Notes: generated by a model not told the origin, from the letters alone. A stretch of DNA of 64,000 nucleotides from Malacoraja senta (GCA_038087875.1 CM075977.1:270940001-271004000), one strand, 5' to 3'. Numbered from the stretch's first letter, positions 13,735 to 26,615 are shown. Numbers and translations are program-made.

Positions 13735-14378
13735 CCACAACGGATAGTGTTGCTGCCCGGGGTTCATTCCCGACTACGGGTGCTGTCTGTACGGAATTTG
13801 TATGTTCTCCCCGTGACCGCATGTTTTTTTTCCGAGATCTTCGGTTTCCTCCCACACTCTCGGATAGAGATGGCGAGGGTGTTTCCACTAGTGGGAGAGT
13901 CTAGGACTAGAGGTCATAGCCTCAGAATTAAAGGATGTTCTTTTAGGAAGGAGATGGAGGAATTTATTTAGTCAAAGGGTGGTGAATCTGTGGAATTCTT
14001 TGCCACTGAAGGCTGTGGAGGCAAAGTCAGTGTATATATTTAAGGCAGAGATAGATATAATCTTGATTAGTACGGGTGTCAGAGGTTATGGGGAGAAGTA
14101 AGGACAGTGGGGTTAGGAGGGAGAGATACAGTAGATCAGCCATAAATGAATGGCTGACTAGACTTAATTGGTCGAATCACATAATTCTACTCCTATCACT
14201 TATGATCTTATGATTTTACTCCAAAGACGTACAGGTATGTTGGTTGATTGGCTTGTTGTATGTGTATATTGTCCCTCGTGTGTGTAGGATAGTGTTAATG
14301 TGCGGGGTGATCGCCGATCAGTGCTCACTCGGTGGCAGAAGGGCCTGTTTCCGTGCTGTATCTCTAAACTAAACTAAG
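13735..14378 (+). mobile_element. V-SINE split by a CR1 3' fragment (13861-14215)
   Basis: SINE head and V-domain at 13735-13860, resuming with ccaaagacgtacagg at ~14220. The insert encodes VFPLVGESRTRGHSLRIKG. Confidence 0.85.
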
Positions 14379-14559
14379 TAGACTCAGTGGCCATGGACTT
14401 GCGGACGGAGTGACAGGCCGCCAGGCAGCACCTCAGTCCATAGCCACTCCCTTTTGTCCTTTGGAAGAAGAGTGGAACATCTTGTGGAATGGGGGAGCAG
14501 ACACCAAAGGCCGACGCCTTAATCTGTTTCTTACGTTCTTATCACCTCTCTCTTTTTAA

Positions 14560-16330
14560 AACTGCAATGAGTATGAGCCCAACTTGCTCAATATTTGGTT
14601 ATACAAAAATTTCATTACCGCCAGGAATCGTTCTAGCAAACCTTTTCTGAACTGCCTCCAATGCAAATATATCCCTCATTAAATAAGGAGAACAAAGTTG
14701 TGCACAATACTCCAGGTGTGGTCTCAGGTGTAACAAAGGACAAACTTTCAATGCCCTTGCTAATTACTTACTGCTAATGATTGCTGACTCTGCCGGTTTC
14801 ATTTAAGAGGAGTCCAGATGCCTCTGCACAGAAGCATTCTGTAGTCTCCTGTTAAATTTAATACTCCATCTGCAGACAATACAGCTTCACCCCTCTATAT
14901 ATTTTGTGTTATCAACCAATTTGGAGCCAATACATTGATTACTTTATCAAAGTCATGAACATTGAAACATAGAAAATAGGTGCAGGAGTAGGCAATTCGG
15001 CCCTTCGAGCTAGCACCACCATTCCATACGATCATGGCTGATCATCCAAAATTAGTACCCCATTCCTGCTTTCTCCCCATATCCCTTGATTCTGTTAGCC
15101 CTAAGAGCTATATCTAACTCTCGAAAAGATCCAGTGAATTGTTCTCCACTGCCTTCTGTGGCAGAGAATTCCACAGATTCACAACTCACAACTCTCTGGG
15201 TGGGGTGAAGGGTGATATTGGAAATAGTTGAGGCCCCAGAACCAATCCTCGTGGCACCACACTAGTTATTACTTGCCAATCTGCAAATGGCCTTCTTAAC
15301 CAAACATTATTTTTTGTCAGTTAGCTAATGGTCTATGACAATGTGTTATCTGTGCAATATCTTACTGAAAGCCGCTTGGAAATCCAAATATGCTTCACTT
15401 TCTGGTCCTTATGTTTCCACCCAGAAAACCGCTTCCTCAAAGAACTCTAATGAATTTGTCAAACAAGATTTCACCATCATGAAGATAGACACAAAAAGCT
15501 GGAGTAACTCAGCGGGTCAGGCAGCATCTCCGGAGAAAAAGAATAGGTGACGTTTTGGGTTGAGACCCTTCTTCAGACTGAGAGTCAGGGGAAAGGGAAA
15601 TGAGAGATAGAATCGGTGATGCAGAGAGATATGATTGAAAGATATGCAAAAAAGTAACCGTGATAAAGGAAACGGGCCATTGTTACCTGTTTGCTAGGTG
15701 AAAACGAGAAGCTGGTGCGACTTGGGTGAGGGAGAGATGGAGAGAGGGAATGCAGGGGTTACTTGAAGTTAGAGAAATCAATAGTCATCATGAAACCTTG
15801 CTGCCTCTGCCCTGATTATTGTCACAATTGTCTAAATATCCTCCTGGTACATCCTTCGTAAAGGATCCAATGATTATCCCAATGATTGGTTTTTTTCCAT
15901 CATCTTTTCTTGGATGGATGTTCCAATCAGTTTGGACCTTTCTAGAATCTATGGAATGTTGAAAGACAACACCCAATACATCCAATATCTCCATACTCAT
16001 TCCTTGAAGGCATCATGTTCAAGGATACTTTTTTTGACTTGAATTCCACTAATTTGCTTGGAAGAATTTCTCCAAAGGTTATGATTGTTTTAATATCCTC
16101 CACCCCCATTTTTCTCATGTATTTTCCAGTATTATTAGGATGTTTTTAATTTTCTGTCACAAGGATATTTGTTCAAAGTCTGCCACTTCCTTCACCTCCC
16201 TTTTTACTGTGTATTTTCTAGTATTATTGGGATCTTATTTGCTATTGTTAATTCCTCTAATTTTATCCTTTAGAATTCCAACATTAGCTTCAGTTATTCT
16301 CTTTTTGTGCACTTGTAGAAGCTCTTAACT
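14560..16330 (-). mobile_element. Old CR1 remnant with nested CR1 tail (14955-15200) and PLE piece (15484-15790)
   Basis: Degenerate RT-region peptide (e.g. EILDVLGVVFQHSIDSRKVQTDW). The PLE piece is flanked by a catcatgaa duplication. Confidence 0.65.
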
Positions 16331-16747
16331 GTCTGTTATTATAGAATATAGAACAGTACTGAACAGGAACACGATGCAAAGACAAACTCTCATCTTCCTG
16401 CACAGGATCCATATCCCTCCATTCTCTGCATAACAATGTGCCTGTCTACAAGCCTCTTAAATGTTACTATCAAATCTGCCTCCACCACTACCCCTGGCAC
16501 TGCATTCCAGGCATCCACCGCCCTCTGTGTAAAAAAACTTGCTTGCACATCTTTTTAAAACTTTGCCCCACTCATCTTTGACAGTTCCACCCTTGGAAAA
16601 AGGTTCTGACTATCTACCCTATTGGTGCCTCGTATCATTTTAGATACGTCAATATTTCTTGATTGCTTACTTGAATAATTTATTTTCACTTTGCTTTTCC
16701 TTAGTCATCCTTTTGCTGATTTTTAAAACTTCCCAAATGCATTCTAA

Positions 16748-17308
16748 GGGTGGCACTGTGGTGCACCGGTAGAGATGCTGCCTTACAGTACTAGAGACCT
16801 GGGTTCGATCCTGATTGCGGGAGTTGTCTGTATGGGGTTTGCACGTTCTCCCTGTGACCGTGTGGACTTTCTTCGGGTGCGCCGGTTTCCTCTCACACCA
16901 CAAAGATGTGCAGGTTTGTAGGTTAATTGGCTTCTGTAAATTGTCCCTAATGTGTAGGATAGAACTAGTATATGGGTGATCGCTTGTCGGTCCGGACTAA
17001 GGTGCAACACAGTGGCACAGCAGTAGAGTGCTGCCTTACAGCGCCAGAGATCCAGGTTTGATCCTGCCTATGGAAGAAGCTGTCTGTATACAGTTTGTAC
17101 ATTCTCTATGTGACTGTGTGGGATTTCTCCGGGAGCTCCGGTTTCCTCCCACATTCGAAAGAGTACAGGTTTGTTAGTTAATTTGCTTCGGTAAGAATTC
17201 TAAATTGTTGCTTGTGTGCAGGATACTGCTAGTGTACAGGGATTGCTGGTTGGCGAGGACTCGGTGGGCTGAAGGGCCTGTTTCTGTATCTCTAATCTAA
17301 ACTAAACT
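16748..17308 (+). mobile_element. Two tandem V-SINEs
   Basis: tRNA-like heads at ~16748 and ~17000, each followed by a V-domain. The second ends in a ctaaactaaac tail. Confidence 0.85.
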
Positions 17309-18074
17309 ACACTAATCTTCTGGGTCACTACTAATGTGTAGATTTAGGTTTAGGTTCGAACCACCAATCCCTCAATACTCCCTGGGGCCCAGGTTTCAAT
17401 GTTCTCCTGAACCTTACTAAATTAGGTTTAGATTTAGGTTTATTAATGTCATGTGTACCGAGGTATAGTGAATAGCTTTTTTGCGTCCGATCCAGTCAAA
17501 TCAGTTAATACAATCATAATGCAATACATAAATACAATCAAACCAAGCTCATATACCATCGGAAGAGCAAAGGGAAAGAAACAGAGTGCAGAATAAAGTT
17601 GTCAGCATGCTCAGAATATTGTCTTTCTTTCAATATTGGACACTATCCTAAAATTCCATAATTAGTCACAGATGGGTCATTGTCTTTATGTCTCAATAGA
17701 GTATATCTTTGTTGAAAATTACAAAGGATTTGCTGCAATGAACTTCAATGCATGTCTGCTGTCTTATTTCTTAATTGATTTCCCAGGCCACTGATGCCAA
17801 CTCTGTGATCATGCCTTTGTCTATGCCATTATTCAAGTTAAAAATACCTGGTCCAAACCTAAATTTCTCCTTTTCAAAGTTGACTATGAAATTCCAGCAT
17901 GCAAAATCACTCTTCCTCAGAGGATCCTTTTCTTTGAGATAAATAATAAATCCAGTCTCATTACATATGACCAACTTTCTTAGTTCTGCAATATATTGTT
18001 CGAAAAATGTATTCTGAATATTTTATCTGAACTTGTTATCAAGGTTACTTCAGCTAACTTGGTTTGTCCAATCT

Positions 18075-18436
18075 AGAGAGTCATAGAATGATACAGCATG
18101 GAAACAGGCCCTTTGTCCCAACTTGCCCACACCAGCCAACATGTCCCAGCTACACTAGTCCCACCTGTCCACGTTTGGTCCATATCCCTCCAAACCTGTC
18201 CTATCCATGTAACTAACTGCTTCTTAAGCGTTGGGATAGTCCCTGCCTCAACTACCTCCTCTGGCAGCTTATTCCATACACCCACCACCCTTTGTGTTAA
18301 CAAGTTACTCCTCAGACTCCTATTAAATTGTTTCCCCTTCACTTTAAGCCTATGCCCTCTGATCCTCGATTCATCTACTCTGGGCAAGAGACTCTGTGCA
18401 TCTACCCGATCTATTCCTCTCATGATTTTATACACT
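18075..18436 (-). mobile_element. CR1 3' fragment
   Basis: ORF 18073-18435 encodes YKIMRGIDRVDAQSLLPRVDESRIRGHRLKVKG...QRVVGVWNKLP. Confidence 0.88.
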
Positions 18437-18659
18437 ATATGACAATTACAGTAAAATTCCTCCCACGTTCATGCTATTTATTGATTTATACTCTGTCCTA
18501 TTCAGTAACTATATTAATGGGACCTGCAGACCGCTTCCATAAGTGACTTATTTTTGTTTATATTTACCTCCACATTTCATCATCTAGATCATTTATACAT
18601 CCTTTAATAATGGAGCTATCTGACTTTTGTTTCGCTTTCTACCTATCCTGAAATGTTAG

Positions 18660-18825
18660 GTAAGGGACAAGAGACTGCAGATGCTGGAACCTTGGGCAAC
18701 AAAAAAACAATCTGCTCCAGAAACACAGCGGATCGGGCAGCATCTGGGGAGGGAGATGAATAGTCGATATTTCGGGTTGAGATCCTTCCTCTGCACTGAC
18801 CAGCTGAGTTCCTCCAGCAGATTTT
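18660..18825 (-). mobile_element. Penelope pseudo-LTR piece with short inversion
   Basis: ACTGCAGATGCTGG...CAGCGGATCGGGCAGCATCT...TTTCGGGTTGAGA followed by inverted CTGACCAGCTGAGTTCCTCCAGCAG. Confidence 0.6.
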
Positions 18826-19627
18826 AAAAATATATATATTAAGTACTCTGCAATTTTCAGGTCCAAGCCTCATCACCTAGTAACCAAGTCCCTTTCTCAG
18901 ATCACACTGTTTCATACAGTTTGCAGACACAAGGAACAGCAGTTGAATTCTGTGTATATAAACAAAGAGCCTCTGATTTCAGATTTTTCCTATCTTTTTA
19001 TACTCTGATTCTATTTGGAGGGATGTACTCCAAATTGGAGATCACCTCTCAATTCCTTTCACTTTGGTTATCATCCTTTTCACATGGCATTTTCATCCTT
19101 GCATGGCCCTTTCCACTTAATGTTCTTCCCCTTGCCTGAACCTTCCCCTGAAAACAGTTCAAGAATCAATTCAGAGGATGCATAGATTCTGCCTCAAAGA
19201 TTCAAATGAGGACATTCACAGGCCAGGCTACAAAAAGAGGCATTTGGGATCTTGTTAGAAAGAATGTACTTAATAGCAAGTAGGATGGAAGAGCATGGGG
19301 CAGCCCTGTAGATCAGCACACATATAGAAACAGCCATGGTACACTCTTTACTAGCTAACATCGCAGCATGCATTAAGTCACTCACATTGGCTTACCACTA
19401 CTTGTGCTTCAGTGGATCATCAGATAGCTGCCAAATTGGCTCTAGACACCACTGTTCAGAGGGGGTTGCATGGTATCAAAAGAAGTACAGCAATCTACTC
19501 TGGTCAAGTCAACAGAAGGCATTCCTCAAGACCTTGGAGAGGCACAGCTATGTAGGTTAAGCCCAAAAACAGGATTTCAGCTGCTGATGAGGAAAAAGCT
19601 TTTCCAGATATTCACTTAATGTGTGGT

Positions 19628-19865
19628 GTGGTGGCAATGTGGCACAGCGGTAGAGTTGCTGCCTTCCAGAACCAGAGACCCGGGCTCGATCCTGACTACG
19701 GGTGCTGTCTGTACAGAGTTTCTTCCCACATTCCAAAGAAATACAGGTTTGTAGATTGATTGGCTTGTGTAAATTGTCCCTAGTGTGTTGGACAGAACTA
19801 GCGTACGGGTGATCACTGGTTGGCGAAGACTTAATGGGCTAAACTAAACTAATCTAAAATTAAAT
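19628..19865 (+). mobile_element. V-SINE, internally deleted
   Basis: tRNA-like head, partial body and ctaaac tail. Confidence 0.8.
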
Positions 19866-20086
19866 TAAGAAGGGGGGAGGGGTCACCTCCTATGGTATAT
19901 TGATGATTCTATTAATGAAACAGAGATACAATCTCCTCAGGAAGTCATTTTTAAAAATCATCACCAATCACTCTCCACCCCACCCTTCCATCACTCATTT
20001 TCCTCTCAGTCTCAGCAACCAGTCCCTCTGCTCTAAATTCTGGAAGATGAAGTCCTTATTAACCAGCACATCTGCACTCCTTCCAT

Positions 20087-20285
20087 GAGACAATGAACTG
20101 CAGATGCTGGATTCTTGAGTGAAATGCAATGTGCTGAAGTAACTCAGGCAAGATCTGTGGAGGGAACAGACAGGTAAGGTTTCGGGTAGGTTCTGAAGAA
20201 AACTCCTGACCCGAAATGTCTCCTGTCTATTCCCTCCACAGATGCTGCATGACCCACTGAGTTACTCCTGCACTTTGTGTTTTAC
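20087..20285 (-). mobile_element. Penelope pseudo-LTR fold-back insertion
   Basis: Inverted arms around a central CTGAAGA...GACCCGAAATGTC motif. Confidence 0.7.
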
Positions 20286-20976
20286 ATCCCTTCCACGCCT
20301 GGCATGTATGACCTGAGAGATATACATTTCGGGAGCAGAATGGAGTCTGGACTGGAAGATACCAAGTACATGATTACGCATCAGCAACTGTTGATGGCAC
20401 ATAAGGAGGAAGGCATTGTCATCAATGGAGGAAGAAGCGAAGAATGTGTTACTCAGTGTTATTCATTAAAAAGACAATGGTTTCTGAGCTGGAGATGTAG
20501 ACCAGCCACATGAGCAGCACACTGGAGGATACAGGTCCATATTGCAATTCCCCAGACTTATCCATTGCATGTCTCAGTGGCAGACACTCCAAGGGAACAC
20601 ATTGCTTTCCACACAGATGCTCGAGGTCGCTAACATAGATTCCACAGGTGCCTGTGCAGAGACATTTCTCACAGTCTTAATAAACTGAGTGATCGATAGG
20701 GGAAAACATTGTAATGGTAGTTTATGATCGATACACAATCACTGACTATTTCCACTTTTCAACTGAAAGGTGGTGGAGACTTTTATCCTTTGCTACAAAT
20801 GATATTGGAAAGTCAGTGGGTGGCGTTCCTGGAAAGAGATTCATAATTACCAGGTCCAAATATTATTACATCCTTATAACACAAACAGAAATGGAGATTT
20901 GCATCTGAGATTTCCCAATTAGATACACAGTTTACTACATTATATGTATTATTACTGATTATGTTTGTGGTTTGCT

Positions 20977-21255
20977 TTAGAGATAGTGCAGATACAGGCG
21001 CTTCGGCCCACCGAGGCCGCGATGACCAGCGATCACCCCGTACACTAGCACTATCCTACGCACTAGAATTTTACCAAAGCCAGTTAATTTACAAACCTGT
21101 CTTTGGATTGTGGGAGGAAACTGGAGCACCCGAAGAAAAACCATGCGGTCACGGGGAGAAGGTACAAACTCCGTACAGACAGCACCCGTAGTCAGGTTCG
21201 AACCTGGGTCTCTGGCGCTATAAGGCAGTAACTCTACCGCTGCGCCGCTGAGCCG
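20977..21255 (-). mobile_element. V-SINE
   Basis: Full head, V-domain and tail on the reverse strand. Confidence 0.88.
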
Positions 21256-22574
21256 CGCTCAACACTTTGTCAAAGTATTTTTAGCAAATATGCTTTTGGC
21301 ATGGATGTGCAATGAATAAGAAGTTGGGTTGGACGAGAACATAATGTTGGGGCTGGATCTGTGTCATTTTGAGATTATAAGAAATAAAGACAGGGGGAAG
21401 CCATTCACCTCTTTGAGTTTGCTCCAACATGTTATGGCTGATGGAGACAGAGACTATTGATGCTGGTCTTGAGCAAAAGAACAAAGTGTGGGAGGAACTC
21501 AGCGGATCAGTCGGCATTTGTGGAAGGAAATGGACTGTTCAAAGAGCATTTCATGGAAGTTGTTTAAATGTGAGGGTTTATAGGATTTAATCTTCCAGAT
21601 TTGAGAGCAGAGGGACAGAGCGCTGGGACTGAAAGGGAATTGGGGGATAATTCAAGTGGTAGGGAGGAGAATGATTGGTGATGATTGCTGGAGAAGGTCC
21701 ACTTCTCTCCACAGATGCTGCCTCCTGACCTACAGAGATCAGAGCTTCATGACCTCAGTCAGTAACTCTTAATTCCTCCACCTCACTCAGCTCTGAATAC
21801 ATAAAAGGGTACGGCCTCCACGGCCTTTTGAGGCAAGGAATTGTAAACATTCATCATCCTTTGAGAGAAGTAATGTTTCCTTTTCTCAGTTTGCAATGGA
21901 CATTCTCATACTCATAGAGTCTTTACCCGCTGGACCTAAGCAGAAACATCTTCCCAGCACTTACTCTGGCAAGCTTCCTAAGGATGCGATATTTCTCAAG
22001 AAGATTGTTTCTCATGGTTCTGAAAATTACTTACTACAGACTTAATCTCCTCAACCTTCCCTCATAATTCAATCCCTCCATGCCCAGGGTCAACCCAATG
22101 AATCTTCACTCAACAGCCTCCAATGGTAAAGGTAGTGGAGTCAGAGGATATGGGGAGAAGGCAGGAACGGTGGTACTGATTGTGGATGATCAGCCATGAT
22201 CACATTGAATGGCGGTTGTGGATCGAAGGGCCGACTCCTGCACCTATTGTCTATTTGCTATGGTCTATTGTAATAATTACTAGACTAAGTGGGACCCGTT
22301 GGGTCCCATGTTCACACGGGAGGGCTGGACCTCCGACGCAATATTCCATCTCTCCACCAATTCCAATATTGGTGGCCAGTGGGGGGGGGGGCTTTCTGGA
22401 GCACTGGTATGGGTGTTGTTGACTGCAGGGACTACTGGTCTCCAGAGGGCTAGTATGGACATTGTGGGCCAAATGGATTCTTGGGGTGGCAGCTCAGTCC
22501 CTCAAGCCTGATGTGCTGGCAGCTCACTCATGGCTGGTGGGCTGGCAGTTGACTCACGGCTATTCCTTGAAATT

Positions 22575-23012
22575 CCATTTCAAGCAGAGTGCAAGGCCAC
22601 CAAATTCAAATCCATTTTCCTACCATTTCAAGCAGGGTGCAAGGCCATCAAATTCAAGTGCAGTTTCTTACCTCTTCGAGCAGGGTGCAAGGCCACAAAA
22701 TTCAAGTGCAGTTTCATACCACTTCAAGCAGGGTGCAAGGCCACCCAATTCAGGTGCAGTTTTCTACCACTTCAAGCAGGGTGCAAGGCCACCGAATTCA
22801 AGTGCAGTTTCTAACCACTTCAAGCAGGGTGCAAAGCCACCAAATTCAAGTGCAGTTTCATACCACTTCAGCAGGCTCAAGGCCACCAAATTCAGGTGCA
22901 GTTTCCAACCACTTCAAGCAGGGTGCAAGGCCACCAAATTCAAGTGCAGTTTCATACCACTTCAAGCAGGGTGCAAGGCCACCAAATTCAAGTGCAGTTT
23001 AATACCATTCCA
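22575..23012. repeat. 48-bp minisatellite (~9 copies) inside the Helitron
   Basis: Unit CAAGCAGGGTGCAAGGCCACCAAATTCAAGTGCAGTTTCATACCACTT at 22581, 22629, 22677 and onward. Confidence 0.95.
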
Positions 23013-23062
23013 AGGAGGATGAAACCATCATAAAACCACCATAAAACCACACAAAACACCAT

Positions 23063-23180
23063 ACTCACAGTTCCATAGACAATCAGTATGTTCAGTTGAT
23101 TCACAGCTCAGACAGAGTTGTGACCTCTCCCTCCCACATCATGCAGAGACTGAGCCACACCCACACTTCCGGGTTTTATA
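23063..23180 (-). promoter_or_regulatory. Putative Pol II core promoter and first exon cassette 1 (in Helitron)
   Basis: Minus strand: TATAAAA (23180-23174), CCGGAAGTG ETS motif, Inr TCAGTCT with its A at 23151 (29 nt downstream of the TATA start), then donor CT|GTGAGT at 23068-23063. Confidence 0.55.
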
Positions 23181-23414
23181 ATCTCTCCGCCTCCAACCGG
23201 AAAAGGTGTGGCCTTTATGGCGTGATTGACAGGAGAGAGATTCTCAACATTTTTTAAGCACTAATAACACTTTTATTTTTCATTGATGGGAAGAATCCTC
23301 TGCACCTGATGAGCGGAGGGGGGCTGAGTAAGATGGCCAAAAATCACAGCCGTAAGTGGTAGCGTTTTATCTAAAATCAATATAGTGCAAACAGGAAGTT
23401 GTCAAGTTTAGCCA

Positions 23415-23946
23415 CACAACCCTTTGCACTGCCATTTTACTTCAACCCAACCCCCCCCCCAAACAACCCTTTGCACTGCCTTTTTACTTCAACACAAAAA
23501 CTCCCCAAACAACCATTTGCACTGCCTTTTTACTTCAACCCAACCCCCCCCCCCAAACAACCATTTGCACTGCCTTTTTACTTCAATCCCCAAACCCCCA
23601 AACAACCATTTGCACTGTCTTTTTACTTCAACCCAAACCCCCCCAACCATTTGCACTGCCTTTTTACTTCAACCCAACACCCCCCCAAACAACCATTTGC
23701 ACTGCCTTTTTACTTCAACCCAACCCCCCCCAAACAACCATTTGCACTGCCTTTTTACTTCAACCCCAAACAACCATTTGCACTGCCTTTTTACTTCAAC
23801 CTCAAAACCCCCCAAACAACCATTTGCACTGCCTTTTTACTTCAACCCAACCCCCCCCCCCAACAACCATTTGCACTGCCTTTTTACTTCAACCCAAAAC
23901 CCCACCAAACAACCATTTGCACTGTCTTTTTACTTCAAACCAACCA
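23415..23946. repeat. Variable-length (~36-48 bp) minisatellite (12 copies) inside the Helitron
   Basis: Core CAACCATTTGCACTGCCTTTTTACTTCAAC separated by C-rich spacers of variable length. Confidence 0.95.
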
Positions 23947-23975
23947 TATTTTCATTTTCAAACCACATTAAGGGA

Positions 23976-24090
23976 ACTCACAGTTGAGTAGGCATGTGTT
24001 CAGTGTTATTCAGAGCTCAGAGAGACGTGACCCTCTGGCTTTCTCCAACTTGCAGAGACTGAGTGAGGCACATCACTTCCTGGTTTTATA
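23976..24090 (-). promoter_or_regulatory. Putative Pol II core promoter and first exon cassette 2 (in Helitron)
   Basis: Minus strand: TATAAAA (24090-24084), CAGGAAGTG, Inr TCAGTCT with its A at 24060 (30 nt downstream), donor CT|GTGAGT at 23981-23976. GC-box-like GGCGGAGGGGG upstream at ~24175. Confidence 0.55.
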
Positions 24091-24627
24091 GTCCCTCCCC
24101 CTCCCTCCAGCAGGGGCAGCAGAGAGAATGGTGAATTTTTAAAAAACATTGGGAAAAATCCTCTGGTCCAGGAAGGCGGAGGGGGGCTCTGAGTGAGGTG
24201 GCCAAAAATGCCGGCCGTAGGTGGCGCCGTTCTCTCAGAAATCACAGCAAAGTGAGCCAAAAGCGGTCAAGATCAGACTTTTAGTAATATAGATTTTCTT
24301 AAAAAGTGGACCTGGGTTATTCACAGTCCTCTTGATGTCTCAGATAAGTGCCTCACTGCTGCCTTGCACAGTGTTGTAAGTCATCCCCGCTTTTATATTC
24401 TGCCCTCCACCCCTCCCCCCACCCTCAAAATTAAAGCCAGCATTCTATTTGCCTTTTTCACAACTGCTGCACATGTATGCCAGTGTTTCATGTCATCTGT
24501 GGGGATCTGAAATCCCTTAATATGTCAACTTTCTATAGTTTTTCTCCATTTGAATGACAATCAATGTCATCATGCTTCATTCCACAGTGGACAACTTCAT
24601 ACTCTCTACATTATACTATATTTGACA

Positions 24628-24847
24628 TTGTGTGGGAAGTAACTGCAGATGTTGGTTTAAACCGAAGATAGTCACAAAATGCTGGAGTAACTCAGCGGGA
24701 CAGGCAGCATCTCTGGAGAGAGCAATGGGTGATGTTTTGGGTCGAGACCCTTTTTCTGAACAAGGGTCCCGACCTGAAACGTCACCTGTTCCTTCTCCCC
24801 AGAGATGCTGCCTGTCCTGCTGAGTTACTCCTGCGTCTTGTCTCTAT
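24628..24847 (-). mobile_element. Penelope pseudo-LTR fold-back insertion
   Basis: Head-to-head inverted copies of the pLTR (~85-bp arms). ctatatttgaca is duplicated at 24616-24627 and 24844-24855. Confidence 0.8.
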
Positions 24848-26199
24848 ATTTGACACATTGGCAGTTTTTGTCAACGCTAGAAATTTTTGGAATACAACCA
24901 TTGCACCCGCTATCTGGAGTGCAACTTCCTTTAGGTTCCTAGAATGCACACCCACAGATCCTCTGGATTTCCATTATATAGCTAAAACTAACGGTGGTCA
25001 GGTAATAGTATCTGTCCTACATCATGGAACTGTGTAAGTGATATAAAAACGCCAGCACAATGAGCGCAATGATGGAGAAAATGTGCAACAATTGTGGGCA
25101 ACTGATGCCAGAACAAATATAATAATTATGATGGAGCAATGATCACTAGATATTAAACAGAACCGCTCAAGACCACATTTAAAAGGTATATATCAAAAAT
25201 CTCAATAACGGTATAATGATACCATCCTCATATGGATGAGGTAACATTATAACACAGGTACACCTGCCTATCAATAGCCTCACAGTTCAACTTTTGAATG
25301 AAGTAAGAACTAGATTTCTCTATGTACTGCAGGCTATCTTCATCGAACTCCAAGTTCAATCGACCGAACACTTTCTTTAAAAGGTTCCATAGTGTACTCA
25401 ATTGATGCTATCATTTGAACATCAAAGGTAAGTTTATATTGGTTACAGATGTGCATGCATTAATGATAACAGATGGCTGCATAAAACTTCTTTCCAAATG
25501 GGCTTCAGGGTGCTGAAGTGTCTCTTGATAATATGACATGTGCCTTTTATAACAGATTCAATTTACTTTAGCAGATCTGAGATCAGAATATGTAAATATT
25601 CTGTCAAATAATATTCATTTCAGGTGCTGGGAACCTCATGCATAGTACACTCACCAGACATTAATACTACCCCACCATAGTGGAAGTTGACGAGATTAAC
25701 AGGAGGTAAGACATTGAATGAAGTGTAAAGCTTTTGCATTAATAATCTTAAAATCACTACTTATAATATTTACAAGAATCAATGATTACTGTGGGCCTCA
25801 CTATACATCTGCTGAAAGTACAAGCTGGGATAATTTACAGGGAAATATTCTATGCAGTGATATCGTGAAATAACCTTCCCCGAGGAAAATAGAAACACGG
25901 TAATTAAAATATGTAAAGGGCATTACAATTTGTTATGATAATGTCTCATTACATGATTTTACCTAAAACAAACCTAACACTTAATTTAAAACATCTTGTT
26001 ATGTGAATCATATGGCAAACAGTTAAATGAAAACAAACATGTGCAGGGAAGTCTTTGAGGTTAATTTGGGTAAATCTGGATAAGAATGAAAGGTCTGCTT
26101 GGAGGCAAGTACACCACACAACCTGGTTTGACTACTGAATGCTTCCATGAAAGTTTCAAAAACAGTAAATGTGTGATTGTCACACAGATGGTTTGACTG

Positions 26200-26615
26200 A
26201 AACATAGAAAATAGGTGCAGGAGTAGGTCATTCGGCCCTTCGAGCCAGCACCGCCATTCAATATGATCATGGCTGATCCTCCAGAATCAGTACCCCGTTG
26301 CTGCTTTCTCTCCATATCCCTTGATTCTGTTAGCTCTAAGAGCAATATCTATCTCTCTCTTGAATACATTCAGTGAATTGGCCTTCATTGCATTCTGTGC
26401 CAGATAATTCCACAGATTCACAACTCTCTGGCTGAAAAAGTGTTTCCTCATCTCAGTCCTAAATGGCCTATCCCTTATTCATAAACTGTGACCCTTAGTT
26501 CTGGACTCCCCCAACGTGGGTAACATTTTTCTTGCATCTAGCCTGTTCAATCTCTTAAGAATGTTATATGTTTCCATGAGATTGCCTCTCATCCTTTTAA
26601 ATTCCAGTGAATATG
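26200..26615 (-). mobile_element. CR1 3' fragment
   Basis: aaacatagaaaataggtgcagg tail and the conserved CR1 3' region. Confidence 0.88.

Larger units (their letters stand above)
22280..24293 (-). mobile_element. Non-autonomous Helitron (~2.0 kb)
   Basis: Minus strand starts A|TCTATATTACTAAAAG at 24293 and ends TGGGACCC-AAC-GGGTCCCA-cttagt-CTAG|T (hairpin 22290-22308, CTAG 22280-22283). 5' TC, 3' hairpin plus CTAG, insertion between A and T, no TSD. Contains internal tandem arrays. Confidence 0.9.

Noticed and set aside
22462-23987. Long repetitive ORFs (HFKQGARPPNSSAVS, QPFALPFYFNP repeats); CRISPR-like look of the 23415-23946 array
   Set aside because: These are by-products of minisatellites inside a Helitron. 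The spacers are just C-tracts, the context is eukaryotic and there are no cas genes.
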